A DNA stretch of 64,000 nt from Legionella sp. (lineage in GTDB: Bacteria; Pseudomonadota; Gammaproteobacteria; Legionellales; Legionellaceae): the NCBI RefSeq assembly GCF_047605385.1, contig NZ_JASGFU010000002.1:19419-83418 (forward strand), read 5' to 3'. A model generated the notes under the pieces. The model ran no database searches. It saw only the letters and a list, made by a program, of their open reading frames with translations, and was not told where the DNA came from. Positions 42,103-53,199 of the stretch are shown here, one piece after another. Each line of letters begins with the position of its first letter. Position 1 is the first letter of the stretch. Position numbers and translations under genes: made by a program.

Positions 42103-43788
42103 ATGCATTTTAAATCAGTGGTTTTTGGCTTAGGGCTTTTATCTCTAGCTCATAACGCTTTAGCTTTACCTAATCAAAATACGGTACGAGTCATTATTAA
42201 ATACAAGCATCAAGTAAAAAATACAGTGGCATTAAAGCTACAGATTGCTCAATTAGCACAATTACCTGTTAAAGAGCTAAATCCCATGGCCAATGGCGCT
42301 TATTCATTAATTTTAATTGCTCCCCAAACTTCTTTAGCACAAAAACAAACAGAAGATCCTACAACACTTGTTTTAGAGCATCTACGGCAAAACCCCGAAG
42401 TACTTTATGCAGTGAGGGATCGTGTGGGCCATTTTACTCCGGTTTCTGATCCTGTGTTGTCTTATGTGGTGGTGGATTTATTGACTCATGAAAGTCAGTG
42501 GGATGAATTTACTCGTCCTTCAGGGATTATGCTTGAATCCAAGGCGGGTTCACGAGATGGTGCTTGGGCATACACCACAGGTTGGGCCAAAAAACCAGTA
42601 GTTGTTGCTGTTTTAGATACTGGTATTTCCTTAAATGATAGCATTGTGAACAATTTGGTAAAAGGGAGTGAGGGAGCTATTTGGGGATGGAATTTTTCTG
42701 CAAATAACAATAACTTGGCTGATGAAACCAGGTCATTTCATGGCACTCATGTGGCTGGAATTATTGCTGGCTATGGCAATGTAATGAAGGGAGTAGGAGA
42801 GGATTTAAAAATTTTACCCATAAAAATTACTAATTCATCAGGCATGTTTTATGAAAGCTCAGTGATCAATGCAATTTATTGGGCTGTTGGTGGTGATGTT
42901 TCTGGAATACCTAATAATATTTATCCTGCTAAAGTATTAAACATGAGTTTTGGCGTTGATAGAGGTCCTAAAGACGAAATTGATTATTGCGATCAAGCGC
43001 TGCAAGAGGCTATTTTTTTTGCACGTAAAAAAGGAGCTGTACTGGCAGTTGCCGCTGGAAATGATAATCTTTGGGAGCATTATAATGCTCCAGCAGTATG
43101 TAATGGCACCATTAAAGTAGGGGCAACTGGCCCTGAAGGTTTACGTTCTTATTTTTCGAACTATGGTCCAAGCATTACTTTGGCTGCTCCAGGTGGTGAT
43201 AAACGTTATGGTTTGTGGGGCGGAATTTTATCAACCGTAAATCCTGGTGGTGGTTATAATGGGTCTGGTTTTGATTATTATCAAGGCACTAGTATGGCGA
43301 CCCCTCATGTTGCTGGTGTTGCCGGATTAATTTTTTCTGCAAGCGATAAAAATTTAACTCCAGAACAGATAGAACAGATACTTTATACAACCACTCATGA
43401 GTTTGGGGAGAGCAATGATCCTAATAAGTCTTGTGTTGGTAAGAAACCTTGTGGGCATGGGATTCTGGACGCTGAAAATGCGGTTAAAGCGGCACTGGCT
43501 TATTATGATGTTTTATTTTCAGCACCTAAAGTGGAATATTTGGGGACCAAAATTTGTGGTATACAAGGTTTAAGGCCAGGTAAAAAACGTGTTGATATAC
43601 ATGGCGTGGTGTGGATGCTTGAGCATGCCGATTGTCAAGCGAAGCTGAAATATCAAGCTCCACATACATTGCAAACTAAAGATGGTGCTATTTTGGTATC
43701 TTATGGTGTGGTAAACTACAGATTAGATCAAAGTGCCTATAAGTCATGTCACGTTATTGGTTATGATGGTGTTGGTTGCTATTTTTAG
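42103..43788 (+). CDS. secreted subtilisin-like serine protease (peptidase S8)
   Basis: Signal peptide, propeptide-like region, and catalytic triad motifs VAVLDTGI (Asp), HGTHVAG (His), GTSMATPHVAG (Ser). Cys-containing C-terminal extension. Confidence 0.88.
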   Translation: MHFKSVVFGLGLLSLAHNALALPNQNTVRVIIKYKHQVKNTVALKLQIAQLAQLPVKELNPMANGAYSLILIAPQTSLAQKQTEDPTTLVLEHLRQNPEVLYAVRDRVGHFTPVSDPVLSYVVVDLLTHESQWDEFTRPSGIMLESKAGSRDGAWAYTTGWAKKPVVVAVLDTGISLNDSIVNNLVKGSEGAIWGWNFSANNNNLADETRSFHGTHVAGIIAGYGNVMKGVGEDLKILPIKITNSSGMFYESSVINAIYWAVGGDVSGIPNNIYPAKVLNMSFGVDRGPKDEIDYCDQALQEAIFFARKKGAVLAVAAGNDNLWEHYNAPAVCNGTIKVGATGPEGLRSYFSNYGPSITLAAPGGDKRYGLWGGILSTVNPGGGYNGSGFDYYQGTSMATPHVAGVAGLIFSASDKNLTPEQIEQILYTTTHEFGESNDPNKSCVGKKPCGHGILDAENAVKAALAYYDVLFSAPKVEYLGTKICGIQGLRPGKKRVDIHGVVWMLEHADCQAKLKYQAPHTLQTKDGAILVSYGVVNYRLDQSAYKSCHVIGYDGVGCYF

Positions 43789-43795
43789 TCTTTAT

Positions 43796-43830
43796 CCCTT
43801 CTCTTAATTCATTAAGAGAAGGGGTTTTCT
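43796..43830 (+). terminator. rho-independent terminator after S8 protease gene
   Basis: CCCTTCTCTTAA / TTAAGAGAAGGG perfect 12-bp stem, loop TTCA, then GTTTTCTT. Confidence 0.8.
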
Positions 43831-43897
43831 TCCTATTTATTAGCGAATGTCTTAAAATTCACTCCAGGTTAAACAGAATATTTATTTAGAGAGCGCT

Positions 43898-45478
43898 ATG
43901 TCTGATTTTTATCAGGATTTCAATAAACGACGCACCTTTGCGATCATTTCCCACCCTGATGCGGGTAAAACCACAGTTACTGAAAAATTGCTTTTATTCG
44001 GGGGAGCAATTCAATTAGCTGGAACAGTAAAAGGGCGCAAGGCAGACCGTCATGCAACTTCAGATTGGATGGAAATGGAAAAGGAGCGAGGAATTTCCAT
44101 TACTACGTCGGTGATGCAATTTGTTCATAACGAGCATGTGATGAACCTATTAGATACACCTGGCCATGAAGATTTCTCAGAAGATACTTATCGTACCTTG
44201 ACTGCGGTGGATTCAGCGTTAATGGTTATTGATGTGGCTAAAGGAGTAGAGGATCGCACGGTTAAATTGATGGAAGTCTGTCGTTTGCGTGATACGCCAA
44301 TCATGACCTTCATTAACAAATTAGACCGCGAAGGGCGAGAACCAATTGATTTGCTTGATGAAGTTGAATCCGTGTTAGGTATTAAATGTGCACCGGTAAC
44401 TTGGCCTGTGGGTATGGGCAAGCGTTTTAAGGGAATTTATCATCGCTACCAGGATATTGTGTATCTTTACGAACCTGGGAAGAATGCGCAAAAGCAGGAT
44501 GCTTTGCAAATTAAAGGTTTGGATAATCCACAATTGGATGAATTACTTGGTGACAGTGCTCAGGAGTTGCGTGATGAAATTGAATTGGTGAGAGGTGCTT
44601 CGCACGAATTTAATTTAGCGCAGTATTTGACGGGTAAAATGACACCAGTTTATTTTGGTTCAGCGATCAATAATTTTGGTATTAAAGAATTGTTGGACGA
44701 CTACGTGAATTATGCTCCAGGTCCACAACCACGGGTTGCACAGGAGCGTTTAGTCTCACCGGACGAAGAATCTTTTAGCGGTTTTGTATTTAAAATTCAA
44801 GCGAATATGGATCCCAAGCATCGTGATCGTATTGCTTTTTTACGTATCTGTTCCGGGACTTATAAAAAAGGGATGAAATTATCACATTTGCGTATGAGCA
44901 AAGAAGTACAAATAGCAAATGCCTTAACCTTTATGGCGGGTGATCGCTCTCATACTGAAATTGCTTTATCAGGTGACATTATCGGCTTGCATAACCATGG
45001 TACTATTCGCATTGGTGATACGTTTACGCAAGGTGAACAATTGAAATTTACCGGAATTCCTAATTTTGCTCCCGAATTGTTTCGTTTGGTACGTCTCAAA
45101 GATCCTTTAAAAAGCAAAGCTTTATTAAAAGGATTAATTGAATTATCAGAAGAAGGTGCTACGCAGGTCTTTAGACCTTTAAACAGCAACCAGCTGATTT
45201 TAGGAGCAGTTGGAGTGTTGCAGTTTGACGTGGTTGCCCATCGATTGAAACATGAATATAAAGTAGATTGCATTTACGAAACAGTCAGTGTTGCTTGCGC
45301 GCGTTGGGTTTATTCTGGTGATGATAAAGCCATGTCAGAGTTTCGCACTAAGGCTTATGATTATCTTGCTTTAGATGGAAGTGATGCTTTGATGTATTTA
45401 GCGCCTACACGAGTTAATTTAACCATGGCTGAAGAACGTTATCCGAAAATTAAATTTCATGCGACTCGCGAACATTAA
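43898..45478 (+). CDS. prfC: peptide chain release factor 3
   Basis: ..[16 protein letters not shown].., [13 protein letters not shown] GTPase motifs. 526 aa. Confidence 0.96.
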   Translation: MSDFYQDFNKRRTFAIISHPDAGKTTVTEKLLLFGGAIQLAGTVKGRKADRHATSDWMEMEKERGISITTSVMQFVHNEHVMNLLDTPGHEDFSEDTYRTLTAVDSALMVIDVAKGVEDRTVKLMEVCRLRDTPIMTFINKLDREGREPIDLLDEVESVLGIKCAPVTWPVGMGKRFKGIYHRYQDIVYLYEPGKNAQKQDALQIKGLDNPQLDELLGDSAQELRDEIELVRGASHEFNLAQYLTGKMTPVYFGSAINNFGIKELLDDYVNYAPGPQPRVAQERLVSPDEESFSGFVFKIQANMDPKHRDRIAFLRICSGTYKKGMKLSHLRMSKEVQIANALTFMAGDRSHTEIALSGDIIGLHNHGTIRIGDTFTQGEQLKFTGIPNFAPELFRLVRLKDPLKSKALLKGLIELSEEGATQVFRPLNSNQLILGAVGVLQFDVVAHRLKHEYKVDCIYETVSVACARWVYSGDDKAMSEFRTKAYDYLALDGSDALMYLAPTRVNLTMAEERYPKIKFHATREH

Positions 45479-45548
45479 TTGCAGCAGATGTTCCATTTCT
45501 CCTATCCTCAAAGATGAGGGGAAATGGGGCATTTTGTGAACTTTTTCT

Positions 45549-45935
45549 TTAGGTAGTGCAAATTGCTCTAACCGTATGTTCGCCATGGTTGGTAATTTCA
45601 ACTTTTGCACCAGACTCAGCAGAAATTTTTAAATTTTCTTCAGGATAAATGGTAACTTCTAGAGATTCACCAGCCATTAAAGGAATATCATTAATCTTTC
45701 CTTTTTTAGCTAAGGCTCTAATATGAAGAGTATTACTTAAATCTTCAGTACTCATCGTACAATGAGCTTCTACAGTCCAAAACATACGATTAATAAACTC
45801 TTGTGGCTGATTTGGTGGTAATGGATATTCCATGGTGAGGCCTTTCTGCCGCAGACTATTAGGCTCTATCGCGTATAAACTAGAGCTTACTGAGGCAATC
45901 ATGCACAGTAAACCAAGGCTTGTTTTTTTTAGCAT
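45549..45935 (-). CDS. hypothetical secreted protein
   Basis: Signal peptide MLKKTSLGLLCMIASVSSSLYA, starting at ATG 45935 with a GGAG RBS (the track start at 45992 is less likely). No family recognised. Confidence 0.5.
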   Translation of the reverse strand: MLKKTSLGLLCMIASVSSSLYAIEPNSLRQKGLTMEYPLPPNQPQEFINRMFWTVEAHCTMSTEDLSNTLHIRALAKKGKINDIPLMAGESLEVTIYPEENLKISAESGAKVEITNHGEHTVRAICTT

Positions 45936-46052
45936 AGATAACTCCAAAGTAAAGTTGCCAGCTAAGATACCTTCTTTTTTTAGTCTTGGCAAACTTGTGT
46001 TTTAAATTTGAACAGTAATGCTTTGAGTGTTTACCCGCATAAAATATGCGAT

Positions 46053-47447
46053 TTATAATTCTTCAAGCGCTTTTACAATAGATTCCGTCATGACTTTAGC
46101 ATCACCAAATAACATGTAAGTATTATCATGATAGAACAATTCATTTTCCACTCCTGCATAACCAGGGGACATACTGCGTTTAACAAACAATACAGTATTT
46201 GCTTTTTCAACTTCTAATACCGGCATACCATAAATTGGTGAGCTAGTATCTGTTTTCGCAGCGGGGTTAGTAATATCATTTGCCCCAATAACAAAGGCCA
46301 CGTCACAGGTTGCAAAGTCTCGGTTTATCTCACTTTGTTCAAACACATGGTCATAAGGAATATTTGCTTCAGCAAGTAATACGTTCATATGACCAGGCAT
46401 ACGACCTGCTACTGGATGAATTGCAAAACGCACCTTAACACCACGTTTTTCCAATGCATCAACCAGCTCTTTCACCGCATGTTGTGCACGTGCTACCGCC
46501 ATACCATAACCAGGAATAATAATGACATCTTTGGCGTTACTTAACAAAAATGCTGCATCTTCGCCATTACCTTGACGTACGGTGCGTGATTCACTGCCAG
46601 TAACATGTGATGAACTCTCCGAAATCTGGAGCCCACCAAAAATAACGTTAAAAATGGAGCGATTCATCCCAACACACATAATGTAGCTAAGGATTGCCCC
46701 GCTCGCCCCGACTAAAGCTCCGGTAATTACCAATAAATCATTATTTAAGGTAAAACCAATGCCTGCCGCTGCCCAGCCTGAATAAGAGTTTAGCATTGAA
46801 ATCACCACAGGCATGTCGGCACCACCAATAGGGATAATAAGCAATACACCGATTAAAAAGGACAAGGCCGCCATGGTAATGAATAGATTAAGTGTTTGTT
46901 GTGTGAAAAACACAATCAGTACTACTAATAGGGCTAGAGCAATCAATAGATTTGCTATGTTTTGCCCCGAAAATTTAACAGGTATGCCAGACATAATTCC
47001 TTGCAGCTTCAAAAAGGCGATGACCGAGCCAGAAAAGGTAATGGCACCAATAATTAATCCCAAACTCATTTCAACTAAACTGGCCTTGGCAATAGCTCCG
47101 GCGCTGCCAATATGGAATGATTCAGGTGATAAAAAAGCGCAAAATGCAACTAAAACTGCGGCCATACCAACCAAGGAGTGGAATGCAGCTACTAATTGCG
47201 GTATGGCAGTCATATTAATCTTTAACGCAATGAAGATTCCAATAATACCTCCACCAATAATTAAGGCAATCAGTAAGGGTTGATGATGAGTAGTAGGCAT
47301 TATTAAAGTCGAGCCTATGGCTAAAATCATACCGAGGATGCCCAGCATATTTCCTCTTCGAGAACTGGCAGGGCTAGCTAAACCTTTTAATGCCAATATA
47401 AAACATACAGCGGACAATAAATAAAACAAGGGCACCAAGTTTGTCAT
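46053..47447 (-). CDS. pntB: NAD(P) transhydrogenase subunit beta
   Basis: 464 aa. N-terminal TM domain, C-terminal NADP(H) domain (..[32 protein letters not shown]..). Confidence 0.95.
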   Translation of the reverse strand: MTNLVPLFYLLSAVCFILALKGLASPASSRRGNMLGILGMILAIGSTLIMPTTHHQPLLIALIIGGGIIGIFIALKINMTAIPQLVAAFHSLVGMAAVLVAFCAFLSPESFHIGSAGAIAKASLVEMSLGLIIGAITFSGSVIAFLKLQGIMSGIPVKFSGQNIANLLIALALLVVLIVFFTQQTLNLFITMAALSFLIGVLLIIPIGGADMPVVISMLNSYSGWAAAGIGFTLNNDLLVITGALVGASGAILSYIMCVGMNRSIFNVIFGGLQISESSSHVTGSESRTVRQGNGEDAAFLLSNAKDVIIIPGYGMAVARAQHAVKELVDALEKRGVKVRFAIHPVAGRMPGHMNVLLAEANIPYDHVFEQSEINRDFATCDVAFVIGANDITNPAAKTDTSSPIYGMPVLEVEKANTVLFVKRSMSPGYAGVENELFYHDNTYMLFGDAKVMTESIVKALEEL

Positions 47448-47525
47448 AAGAATCTATCCTTTATTTTTATTCTTTTACTTCCTTCACGAATAAACACAAA
47501 AATTCGAGAAAGAGGGTCTTTGTTA

Positions 47526-47804
47526 TTATTTTTTATACATTCTTAGCATGCGTTGAGTGACCACAAAGCCACCGAATATATTAATTGAGGTAATAAAGAT
47601 TGCTATCCCGCCAAGCCAGGTAATTTGGCCAATCATTTCATTTGCCGCGGCAATTAAGGCACCCAAAATAATAATACTGGAAATCGCATTCGTTACTGAC
47701 ATCAAAGGAGTATGCAGCGCCGGGGTTACTTTCCATACTACGTAATATCCTACAAAACATGCCAGGACGAAAATGGTGAGTATAGTGACATAATTTTCAT
47801 GCAT
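47526..47804 (-). CDS. pntA: NAD(P) transhydrogenase alpha subunit, membrane part (PntAB)
   Basis: 92 aa from ATG 47804 (AAGGAG RBS). [43 protein letters not shown].. Overlaps the stop of the upstream subunit. Confidence 0.85.
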   Translation of the reverse strand: MHENYVTILTIFVLACFVGYYVVWKVTPALHTPLMSVTNAISSIIILGALIAAANEMIGQITWLGGIAIFITSINIFGGFVVTQRMLRMYKK

Positions 47805-48930
47805 GTTGATTCTCCTTGGTTGCCTGGAACGGTAAGTATTTGTCATGATGACAAAGAACTGCCTGTTGAATGATTTCATCTTCAGGATTTAAGTGTATTT
47901 CTGAAGCAGGGCTGGCCAATAAATTAATCAGATGTACTAAATTATTGGCATAGAGTTCGCTTGCCGTTGTAGGAATCAATCCTGCCATATTGCTTAAACC
48001 AATAATGGTAACGTTCCCATGTTTGATTGTTTTATTTGCAGTGCTTAGTTCACAGTTGCCGCCACGAGATGTTGCCAGGTCAACTATTACTGAACCTGGC
48101 TTCATCGCTTCGACAGTTTTTTTATACAATAATATTGGTGCTTTTCGTCCAGGGATAAGTGCGGTTGAAATCACGATGTCAGCTAATTTAGCGTATGCAT
48201 CAATTAATTTTCCCTGTAGTTGTTGATACTCTTCACTGGTTTCAGAAGCGTATCCACCTTTAGTTTCATTGTTTTGCCCTTGACTGACTTCTACAAATTC
48301 AGCACCTAAACTTTCTACTTGTTCTTTCGCAGCACGGCGCACGTCAAAAGCATAAACTACAGCTCCCAAACGTTTTGCGGTAGCAATAGCTTGTAATCCT
48401 GCAACTCCTGCACCAAGAATCAGTATTTTTGCTGGTTGAATCATTCCTGCAGCAGTCATCATCATTGGAATTGCACGATGGAATTGATTAACGGCTTCTA
48501 AAACGGCTCGATAACCCGCTAAATTTGCTTGTGAAGATAAACTATCCATGCTTTGAGCACGGCTAATGCGGGGAATAAGATTCATTGAGAATAAGCTAAT
48601 TTTATTTTTTTGACACCAGCTAATCAGTTTACTCTCGGGGTTATTGTCAATATGACCAATGATCAATGCGTCTTCAGCCAAGCCTCCTAATTGTTTCGGA
48701 TCTGGCTCATTGATGCAGAGCAAAACTTTGGTGTTTTCTAAAAGCTTTTTTTTGTCATTGAAAATTTGCGCGCCAACTTTTTTATAATCTTCGTCAATAA
48801 ATCCTGCTGTAAGCCCGGCGTTTTTTTCAATGCCTACTTCAAATCCAGATTTAATATAACTTTTGGCTGACATAGGGGTGATGGCCACTCGGGTTTCGTG
48901 GTCGCTTTCTAGTAAGGTGCTGAGCATCAT
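47797..48930 (-). CDS. pntA: NAD(P) transhydrogenase alpha subunit, NAD(H)-binding part (PntAA)
   Basis: Alanine-dehydrogenase-like fold, Rossmann motif [20 protein letters not shown]. 377 aa. Confidence 0.93.
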   Translation of the reverse strand: MMLSTLLESDHETRVAITPMSAKSYIKSGFEVGIEKNAGLTAGFIDEDYKKVGAQIFNDKKKLLENTKVLLCINEPDPKQLGGLAEDALIIGHIDNNPESKLISWCQKNKISLFSMNLIPRISRAQSMDSLSSQANLAGYRAVLEAVNQFHRAIPMMMTAAGMIQPAKILILGAGVAGLQAIATAKRLGAVVYAFDVRRAAKEQVESLGAEFVEVSQGQNNETKGGYASETSEEYQQLQGKLIDAYAKLADIVISTALIPGRKAPILLYKKTVEAMKPGSVIVDLATSRGGNCELSTANKTIKHGNVTIIGLSNMAGLIPTTASELYANNLVHLINLLASPASEIHLNPEDEIIQQAVLCHHDKYLPFQATKENQHA

Positions 48931-49023
48931 GGTAAATCCTTTTTACCTAAAGAAGTATTTCATCTTATTGTAGTTTATACCATTTTTCCAGAATCGCGAG
49001 TTTCTAAAATAGAAAGGGCGTAT

Positions 49024-49050
49024 AAATTACGCCCTTATTTTGAAATTGGA
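49024..49050. terminator. bidirectional-looking hairpin terminator
   Basis: AAGGGCGTA / TACGCCCTT stem, loop TAAAT. T-rich on both sides (ATTTTG on plus, TCTATTTT on minus). Confidence 0.45.
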
Positions 49051-49288
49051 ATAGACAGTAAGATTGAGTACAGTCCTTATTATTCATTAAAGTGGACTCC
49101 TCCGGAGCATTTCAGGCTTCTTAGTTCAAACTAAGCATGCACACCATACTCTCAATCTGGCTCCCAAAATCATGATGTTGGCTGAACAATGTATACCGTC
49201 TATGATTCTATAATAGGCTACTCTTTTGTCTAATTCCACCGCCTTTTTGCTATTTATTGCAAAAATTGTGTAAGGATAGAATCATTGC

Positions 49289-49819
49289 TTAAGAGGCTCT
49301 TCTAAAGGAGACACCGAAAAATGGTCTTCTTACACTCACCTGATGTTGCTTGTCATCTGCGCGTAAAAAAATTTGTGTATAATAAAGATGACCTTGGTTA
49401 TCTCGAGCAACACCAATACCTGTTAAATTATAATTTCCATCAATATTTCTTTTATGTCCAGGGCTGAGTAACCATTGTTGCACAACGGTATGCGCATCTT
49501 TATAGTTATAGGCAATGTTTTCAGCGCCAGCGCCAGAATTTTTAATGCGGCGATGTAAACGCTCAACTCGTTTGAGAAAACCCTGATGGCCGAAAGGCAT
49601 TCTATGGTGAGCCATATCGAGTGAATGCTGTTTTGCTTCTCTGACCATGTCATTATTCATATGTAATGTAGAAAGCCCATGTTTGTGTCTGTATTCGTTG
49701 ATGTGGACTAAAACAGCATTTTGGATGGCGGTCTCACTAAGTGGTGGCTGTGCATAGCTTGTTTGCCAGAGGCTCAGAAAAAGCGCACCGAGGATTATTA
49801 TTTTCTTTTTTAAACTCAT
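49289..49819 (-). CDS. secreted CAP (SCP/PR-1-like) domain protein
   Basis: Signal peptide. ..INEYRHKHGLSTLHMNN..AKQHSLDMA.., ..GAENIAY..VVQQWLLSPGHKRNI.. Confidence 0.7.
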   Translation of the reverse strand: MSLKKKIIILGALFLSLWQTSYAQPPLSETAIQNAVLVHINEYRHKHGLSTLHMNNDMVREAKQHSLDMAHHRMPFGHQGFLKRVERLHRRIKNSGAGAENIAYNYKDAHTVVQQWLLSPGHKRNIDGNYNLTGIGVARDNQGHLYYTQIFLRADDKQHQVSVRRPFFGVSFRRAS

Positions 49820-49996
49820 CAGTAGTTACCAGGTAAAATAATTTGAGCTGCATGGTGACTAAAAATGAATCACTTGTCCAGATGTAAGTATTAATTTAGT
49901 TCAATTATATTCAAATATTTTCTTTTTTGTATTAATTTTTTAATACCCTTCAAAATTGAGTGCGATTGCCATATGCTGGAAAGATACGTTGGATAT

Positions 49997-50278
49997 TTAA
50001 TGATCCAAACGATGAATTGTTTCTTTAAGACCTTCTACATTACCCGAATAATGATAATAGATTCGGTCTTTAGGACAATCAACAATGCACAGTTGTTCTT
50101 GAGGATTATTGTCAAACTGTTTAAAAATCCAGAATAAACCATCGTAATGTTGATGTTCTATTTCTTTAAGCAAATCCACCATTTTTTCTTTTTGTAATTC
50201 GAAATGAGGATAAAGAAAGCCACACGAGCCACGAGTTATTTTGTAGGCAAAATGATTTTCTTTCATGACATGCTCCAC
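49997..50278 (-). CDS. hypothetical protein
   Basis: 93-aa ORF with no recognisable motifs. Supported only by ORF length and context. Confidence 0.35.
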   Translation of the reverse strand: MEHVMKENHFAYKITRGSCGFLYPHFELQKEKMVDLLKEIEHQHYDGLFWIFKQFDNNPQEQLCIVDCPKDRIYYHYSGNVEGLKETIHRLDH

Positions 50279-50355
50279 TTGAATAAAACTAGCCCTCTAT
50301 TATTTAAATTATAGCTTCCTTACAAAAAATAGAGATGAAAAAGCGAGATGCGTTC

Positions 50356-51000
50356 TCAAAGATTAATGGATAATCCTACCAAAATAGCATGTAGGGTAGG
50401 AATGTTGGTTAGGGTTTCTTTTTTCGAGTATGAATTAATTTGTATTGTGGGCGTATTGCCATAAATTCCTTGGTACAATAAGTTTAAACTGGCTAAAGCA
50501 GTAATAGGATAGCCAAAACCTGCTTGCACTTCTCCAGCAATTTGTGAAATTTCATTAACTGGAATGCGATCAATTTTCCAATGTCTGTAGGCAACTCCAC
50601 CTTTGATTTGAGCAAAAAAATCACTATTGCCCAAAGGATCGGATTTAGTGGTCACTAAGAAATCAAGTGTCGGTGAAAGCGTCGTTTCTATAGGTGTCCA
50701 ACGAATCAAACTTTGCTTTTCTTTAAGGATATTAAGGCAAATTTTTGTGCCAGTTTGTAAGCCTAACTCTAAACCAAGGGCAACATTGCCTGCAAGAAGC
50801 ATTTCGTTACCCAGTGCTAAACGGCCTAAGGCTAAATGTTTGTTATCGGATTTAACTTGATAATCACCGGTACCTGTGCTTGCAGTAATAGACCAGGGTT
50901 GATCTTGAGATGTGAGCTGCGGAGAATAGCGTCCAGCATAGGGAATTGATGACAATATAATTCCTATGGCAATGTGTAGTAACGCTAAGTATCTCTTCAT
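50356..51000 (-). CDS. putative outer-membrane beta-barrel protein
   Basis: ATG 51000 gives MKRYLALLHIAIGIILSSIPYA.. followed by alternating hydrophobic beta-strand patterns. The longer track ORF (to 51129) runs through a tRNA gene. Confidence 0.45.
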   Translation of the reverse strand: MKRYLALLHIAIGIILSSIPYAGRYSPQLTSQDQPWSITASTGTGDYQVKSDNKHLALGRLALGNEMLLAGNVALGLELGLQTGTKICLNILKEKQSLIRWTPIETTLSPTLDFLVTTKSDPLGNSDFFAQIKGGVAYRHWKIDRIPVNEISQIAGEVQAGFGYPITALASLNLLYQGIYGNTPTIQINSYSKKETLTNIPTLHAILVGLSINL

Positions 51001-51047
51001 CGCTTTATCCCTAATGAACTGTTCATATATATTGGGAATATTAATCT

Positions 51048-51135
51048 TGGCGGAGAGAGAGGGATTCGAACCCTCGATACGTTTCCGTATACACACTTTC
51101 CAGGCGTGCGCCTTCGACCGCTCGGCCATCTCTCC
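51048..51135 (-). tRNA. tRNA-Ser (anticodon GGA)
   Basis: Reverse complement reads GGAGAGATGGCCGAGCGGTCGAAGGCGCACGCCTGGAAAGTGTGTATACGGAAACGTATCGAGGGTTCGAATCCCTCTCTCTCCGCCA. It has a 7-bp acceptor stem, anticodon loop CTGGAAA, a long variable arm, T-loop GGTTCGAATCC and an encoded CCA. Confidence 0.92.
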
Positions 51136-51328
51136 ATCATTCGGGCAAGCTTATACATGTCGCGGCATAAAATCAACCCTTACAGGGTCTACGCATGAAA
51201 AATACGTTTACGTTCATGAATTTGCTCCTAGAAAAGTCGAGCATTGCGTGAAGGTATCGATTTCAATTGGAGATAATCAGTTTTGTATTGTGTATACTTA
51301 TAGGAAGTGTACATGAAAGGGATTAATT

Positions 51329-51787
51329 ATGTGGTTAAAAGTGGTGCTTTTATCTCTCAGTGGTATTGTTAGCAGTCCAATTTGGGCAATTACATGTTAT
51401 TATACGTTGGCTAAAGATAATTGTTGGCTTAAATATAATGTTTCTGTTGATGTGATGGATGCGGTTAGCGCAAAAGTTTTGACTACTGTGACTATTCCTG
51501 CCGGGCAAGCGTGGTCACGTGTTACTTTTCCCTGTGAAACGAACGGGCAAAAATTGTTGTATCACGCGCAATTTTCGCCTTTAATCTGGGAAAGTGAAAA
51601 GGGTAAAATTTATGTCTCTAAGAATTATTGGTCTTTACCAAATGGTGTGAAACCCGGTGATTCTGCATGGAATGTTTCTGTGTGTTACCCCTCTGATTTT
51701 TCTGAAGTACCACTGCCTCCTGAGGCGACAAATACTTGTAAGTGTGATTTCTCGAGTATTCCTGAAATTCCACCAAAGCAACTCTAG
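51329..51787 (+). CDS. hypothetical secreted Cys-rich protein
   Basis: Signal peptide MWLKVVLLSLSGIVSSPIWA, 8 Cys in the mature part. No family recognised. Confidence 0.5.
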   Translation: MWLKVVLLSLSGIVSSPIWAITCYYTLAKDNCWLKYNVSVDVMDAVSAKVLTTVTIPAGQAWSRVTFPCETNGQKLLYHAQFSPLIWESEKGKIYVSKNYWSLPNGVKPGDSAWNVSVCYPSDFSEVPLPPEATNTCKCDFSSIPEIPPKQL

Positions 51788-51845
51788 GGGTGAGGCTATG
51801 TGATGCAAGAGTATGGCCTGAATCTCTCTGCAAAAGGATAAAAAA

Positions 51846-52910
51846 GTGATAACTTTAAGAGCTAAAATCGGTCAAATGCTTATTATGGGTTTTGCAGGCA
51901 GTGAAGTTAATGATAAAAGTCTGGTCGCTGAATGGTTGTCTCAGGATGGAGTGGGCGGGGTTTTATTATTTGATCAAGATGTTTTAACCGGCGCTCATGG
52001 AAAAAACCTGAAAACTCCGCAACAAATAAAGCAATTAATACATCAGCTAAATTACTATTCTGCACAGCAAGCCGATGAAGATAATAATCAATTACCTTTA
52101 TTTGTAGCTATTGATTATGAAGGAGGCGCCATTGATCGACTCTCGATGATTGAAGGGTGCATGGCAACCATGCGTGCTCATGAGATGGTGAATTTATCGC
52201 CCGAGGCTTTAGATGCAGAGTTAAGTGATATGGCTAAGACGTTAAAAGAATTTGGGTTTAATCTTAATTTTGCTCCAGTAGTTGATTTACATTTGCATGA
52301 TCAACATGGCATTATTGGTGCGTTGCACCGTAGTTTTTCCGATAAACCTGAAACTGTGACTTGTCTAGCACGTACTTTTGTTAATGTATTTAGTCACTAT
52401 GGCATTGCCAGTTGTTATAAACATTTTCCTGGGCATGGTAGTGCTTTGGGTGATACTCATAAGGGTTTTGTTGATGTAACTCAAACCTTTAAAGAAGAAG
52501 AATTAATTCCCTATTATCAATTAGTTAAAGATACTCACAACCCCGTGATGATTATGACCGCTCATGTCATCAATAAACATTTAGATCCAGATGGATTGCC
52601 AGCTACCTTATCGCATCGAATGTTAACCGGTTTGCTTCGTGAAAAAATAGGTTATGAGGGTGTGATCGTGAGTGATGATTTGCAAATGCAGGCAATTACT
52701 GATCATTATTCTTTAGACGATGCTTTATGCCTGACAATTAACGCAGGTGCAGATATGATTATTTTTGCTAATCAATTAGGAAAAATTAGCGCTACGGAAG
52801 TTATTGAGCATATTGAAAGTTTGGTTTTGACTCATAAAATTGATTTACAGCGCATTGAAGAAGCATATCACAGAATAGTCCGATTAAAACAACAACTTAA
52901 CTGTTTGTGA
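51846..52910 (+). CDS. nagZ: beta-N-acetylhexosaminidase (glycoside hydrolase family 3, NagZ-like)
   Basis: ..IGQMLIMGF.., ..DYEGG.., KHFPGHG, ..VSDDLQM.. GTG start with an AAGGA RBS. Confidence 0.85.
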   Translation: MITLRAKIGQMLIMGFAGSEVNDKSLVAEWLSQDGVGGVLLFDQDVLTGAHGKNLKTPQQIKQLIHQLNYYSAQQADEDNNQLPLFVAIDYEGGAIDRLSMIEGCMATMRAHEMVNLSPEALDAELSDMAKTLKEFGFNLNFAPVVDLHLHDQHGIIGALHRSFSDKPETVTCLARTFVNVFSHYGIASCYKHFPGHGSALGDTHKGFVDVTQTFKEEELIPYYQLVKDTHNPVMIMTAHVINKHLDPDGLPATLSHRMLTGLLREKIGYEGVIVSDDLQMQAITDHYSLDDALCLTINAGADMIIFANQLGKISATEVIEHIESLVLTHKIDLQRIEEAYHRIVRLKQQLNCL

Positions 52911-53006
52911 GTGAAATTAGTTGGAGTTATTCGTGATTAAATACTCATCTGTCGGTAGAGATTTTTATTTTTACTTTGGTCGGGCAATTTTTAATGAAAT
53001 AAGCTA

Positions 53007-53034
53007 TTGACGGATGGTTTGAATATGTTAAAAT
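53007..53034 (+). promoter_or_regulatory. sigma-70 promoter with extended -10
   Basis: TTGACG (53007-53012), 16-nt spacer, TGt-TAAAAT (53026-53034). Confidence 0.6.
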
Positions 53035-53075
53035 GTATTCTCATTGCTCATATTTTGATCATTTATGGGGTTTAT

Positions 53076-53153
53076 ATGTTCGTTTCTTTAGTCCAAATCA
53101 TTTTTCCCTCTATTATCCCCTATGCACGTCCATATTCTTGTTGCTGTTGTTAG
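53076..53153 (+). promoter_or_regulatory. candidate Cys-rich leader peptide ORF (MFVSLVQIIFPSIIPYARPYSCCCC*)
   Basis: ATG 53076 preceded by GGGG. 25 codons, the last four being TGT TGC TGT TGT (53139-53150), then TAG. Lies in the ~160-nt leader of the transporter gene. Confidence 0.5.
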
Positions 53154-53199
53154 TCCTTGTTTTTATTGATTTTTACCTATTTATTTTAAGGATTTAACT

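Noticed and set aside
46813-47283. 156-aa ORF antisense to pntB
   Set aside because: The opposite strand encodes well-conserved PntB TM helices, so this is a shadow ORF with no independent support. The same applies to the other short overlapping ORFs in the track (for example 702..920, 999..1214, 4087..4467, 33594..33881, 34367..34708, 37143..37493).
48931-51048. Genomic island integrated at the 3' end of tRNA-Ser
   Set aside because: Several family-less genes lie next to the tRNA 3' end. However, there is no integrase, no recognisable direct repeat of the tRNA 3' segment, and no mobility genes in the window, so the evidence is insufficient.
51001-51129. N-terminal 43 codons of track ORF 50356..51129 (MAERSKAHAWKVCIRKRIEGSNPS..)
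   Set aside because: This stretch is the translation of the tRNA-Ser(GGA) gene on the same strand. The real CDS most likely starts at ATG 51000. The plus-strand ORF 50966..51316 also crosses the tRNA and is rejected.
53065-53091. First upstream mini-ORF (MGFICSFL*) in the transporter leader as the regulatory peptide
   Set aside because: It has only 8 codons and one Cys, and it overlaps out of frame with the 25-codon ORF that carries the CCCC run. The longer ORF is the more meaningful candidate, although the short one could modulate its translation.
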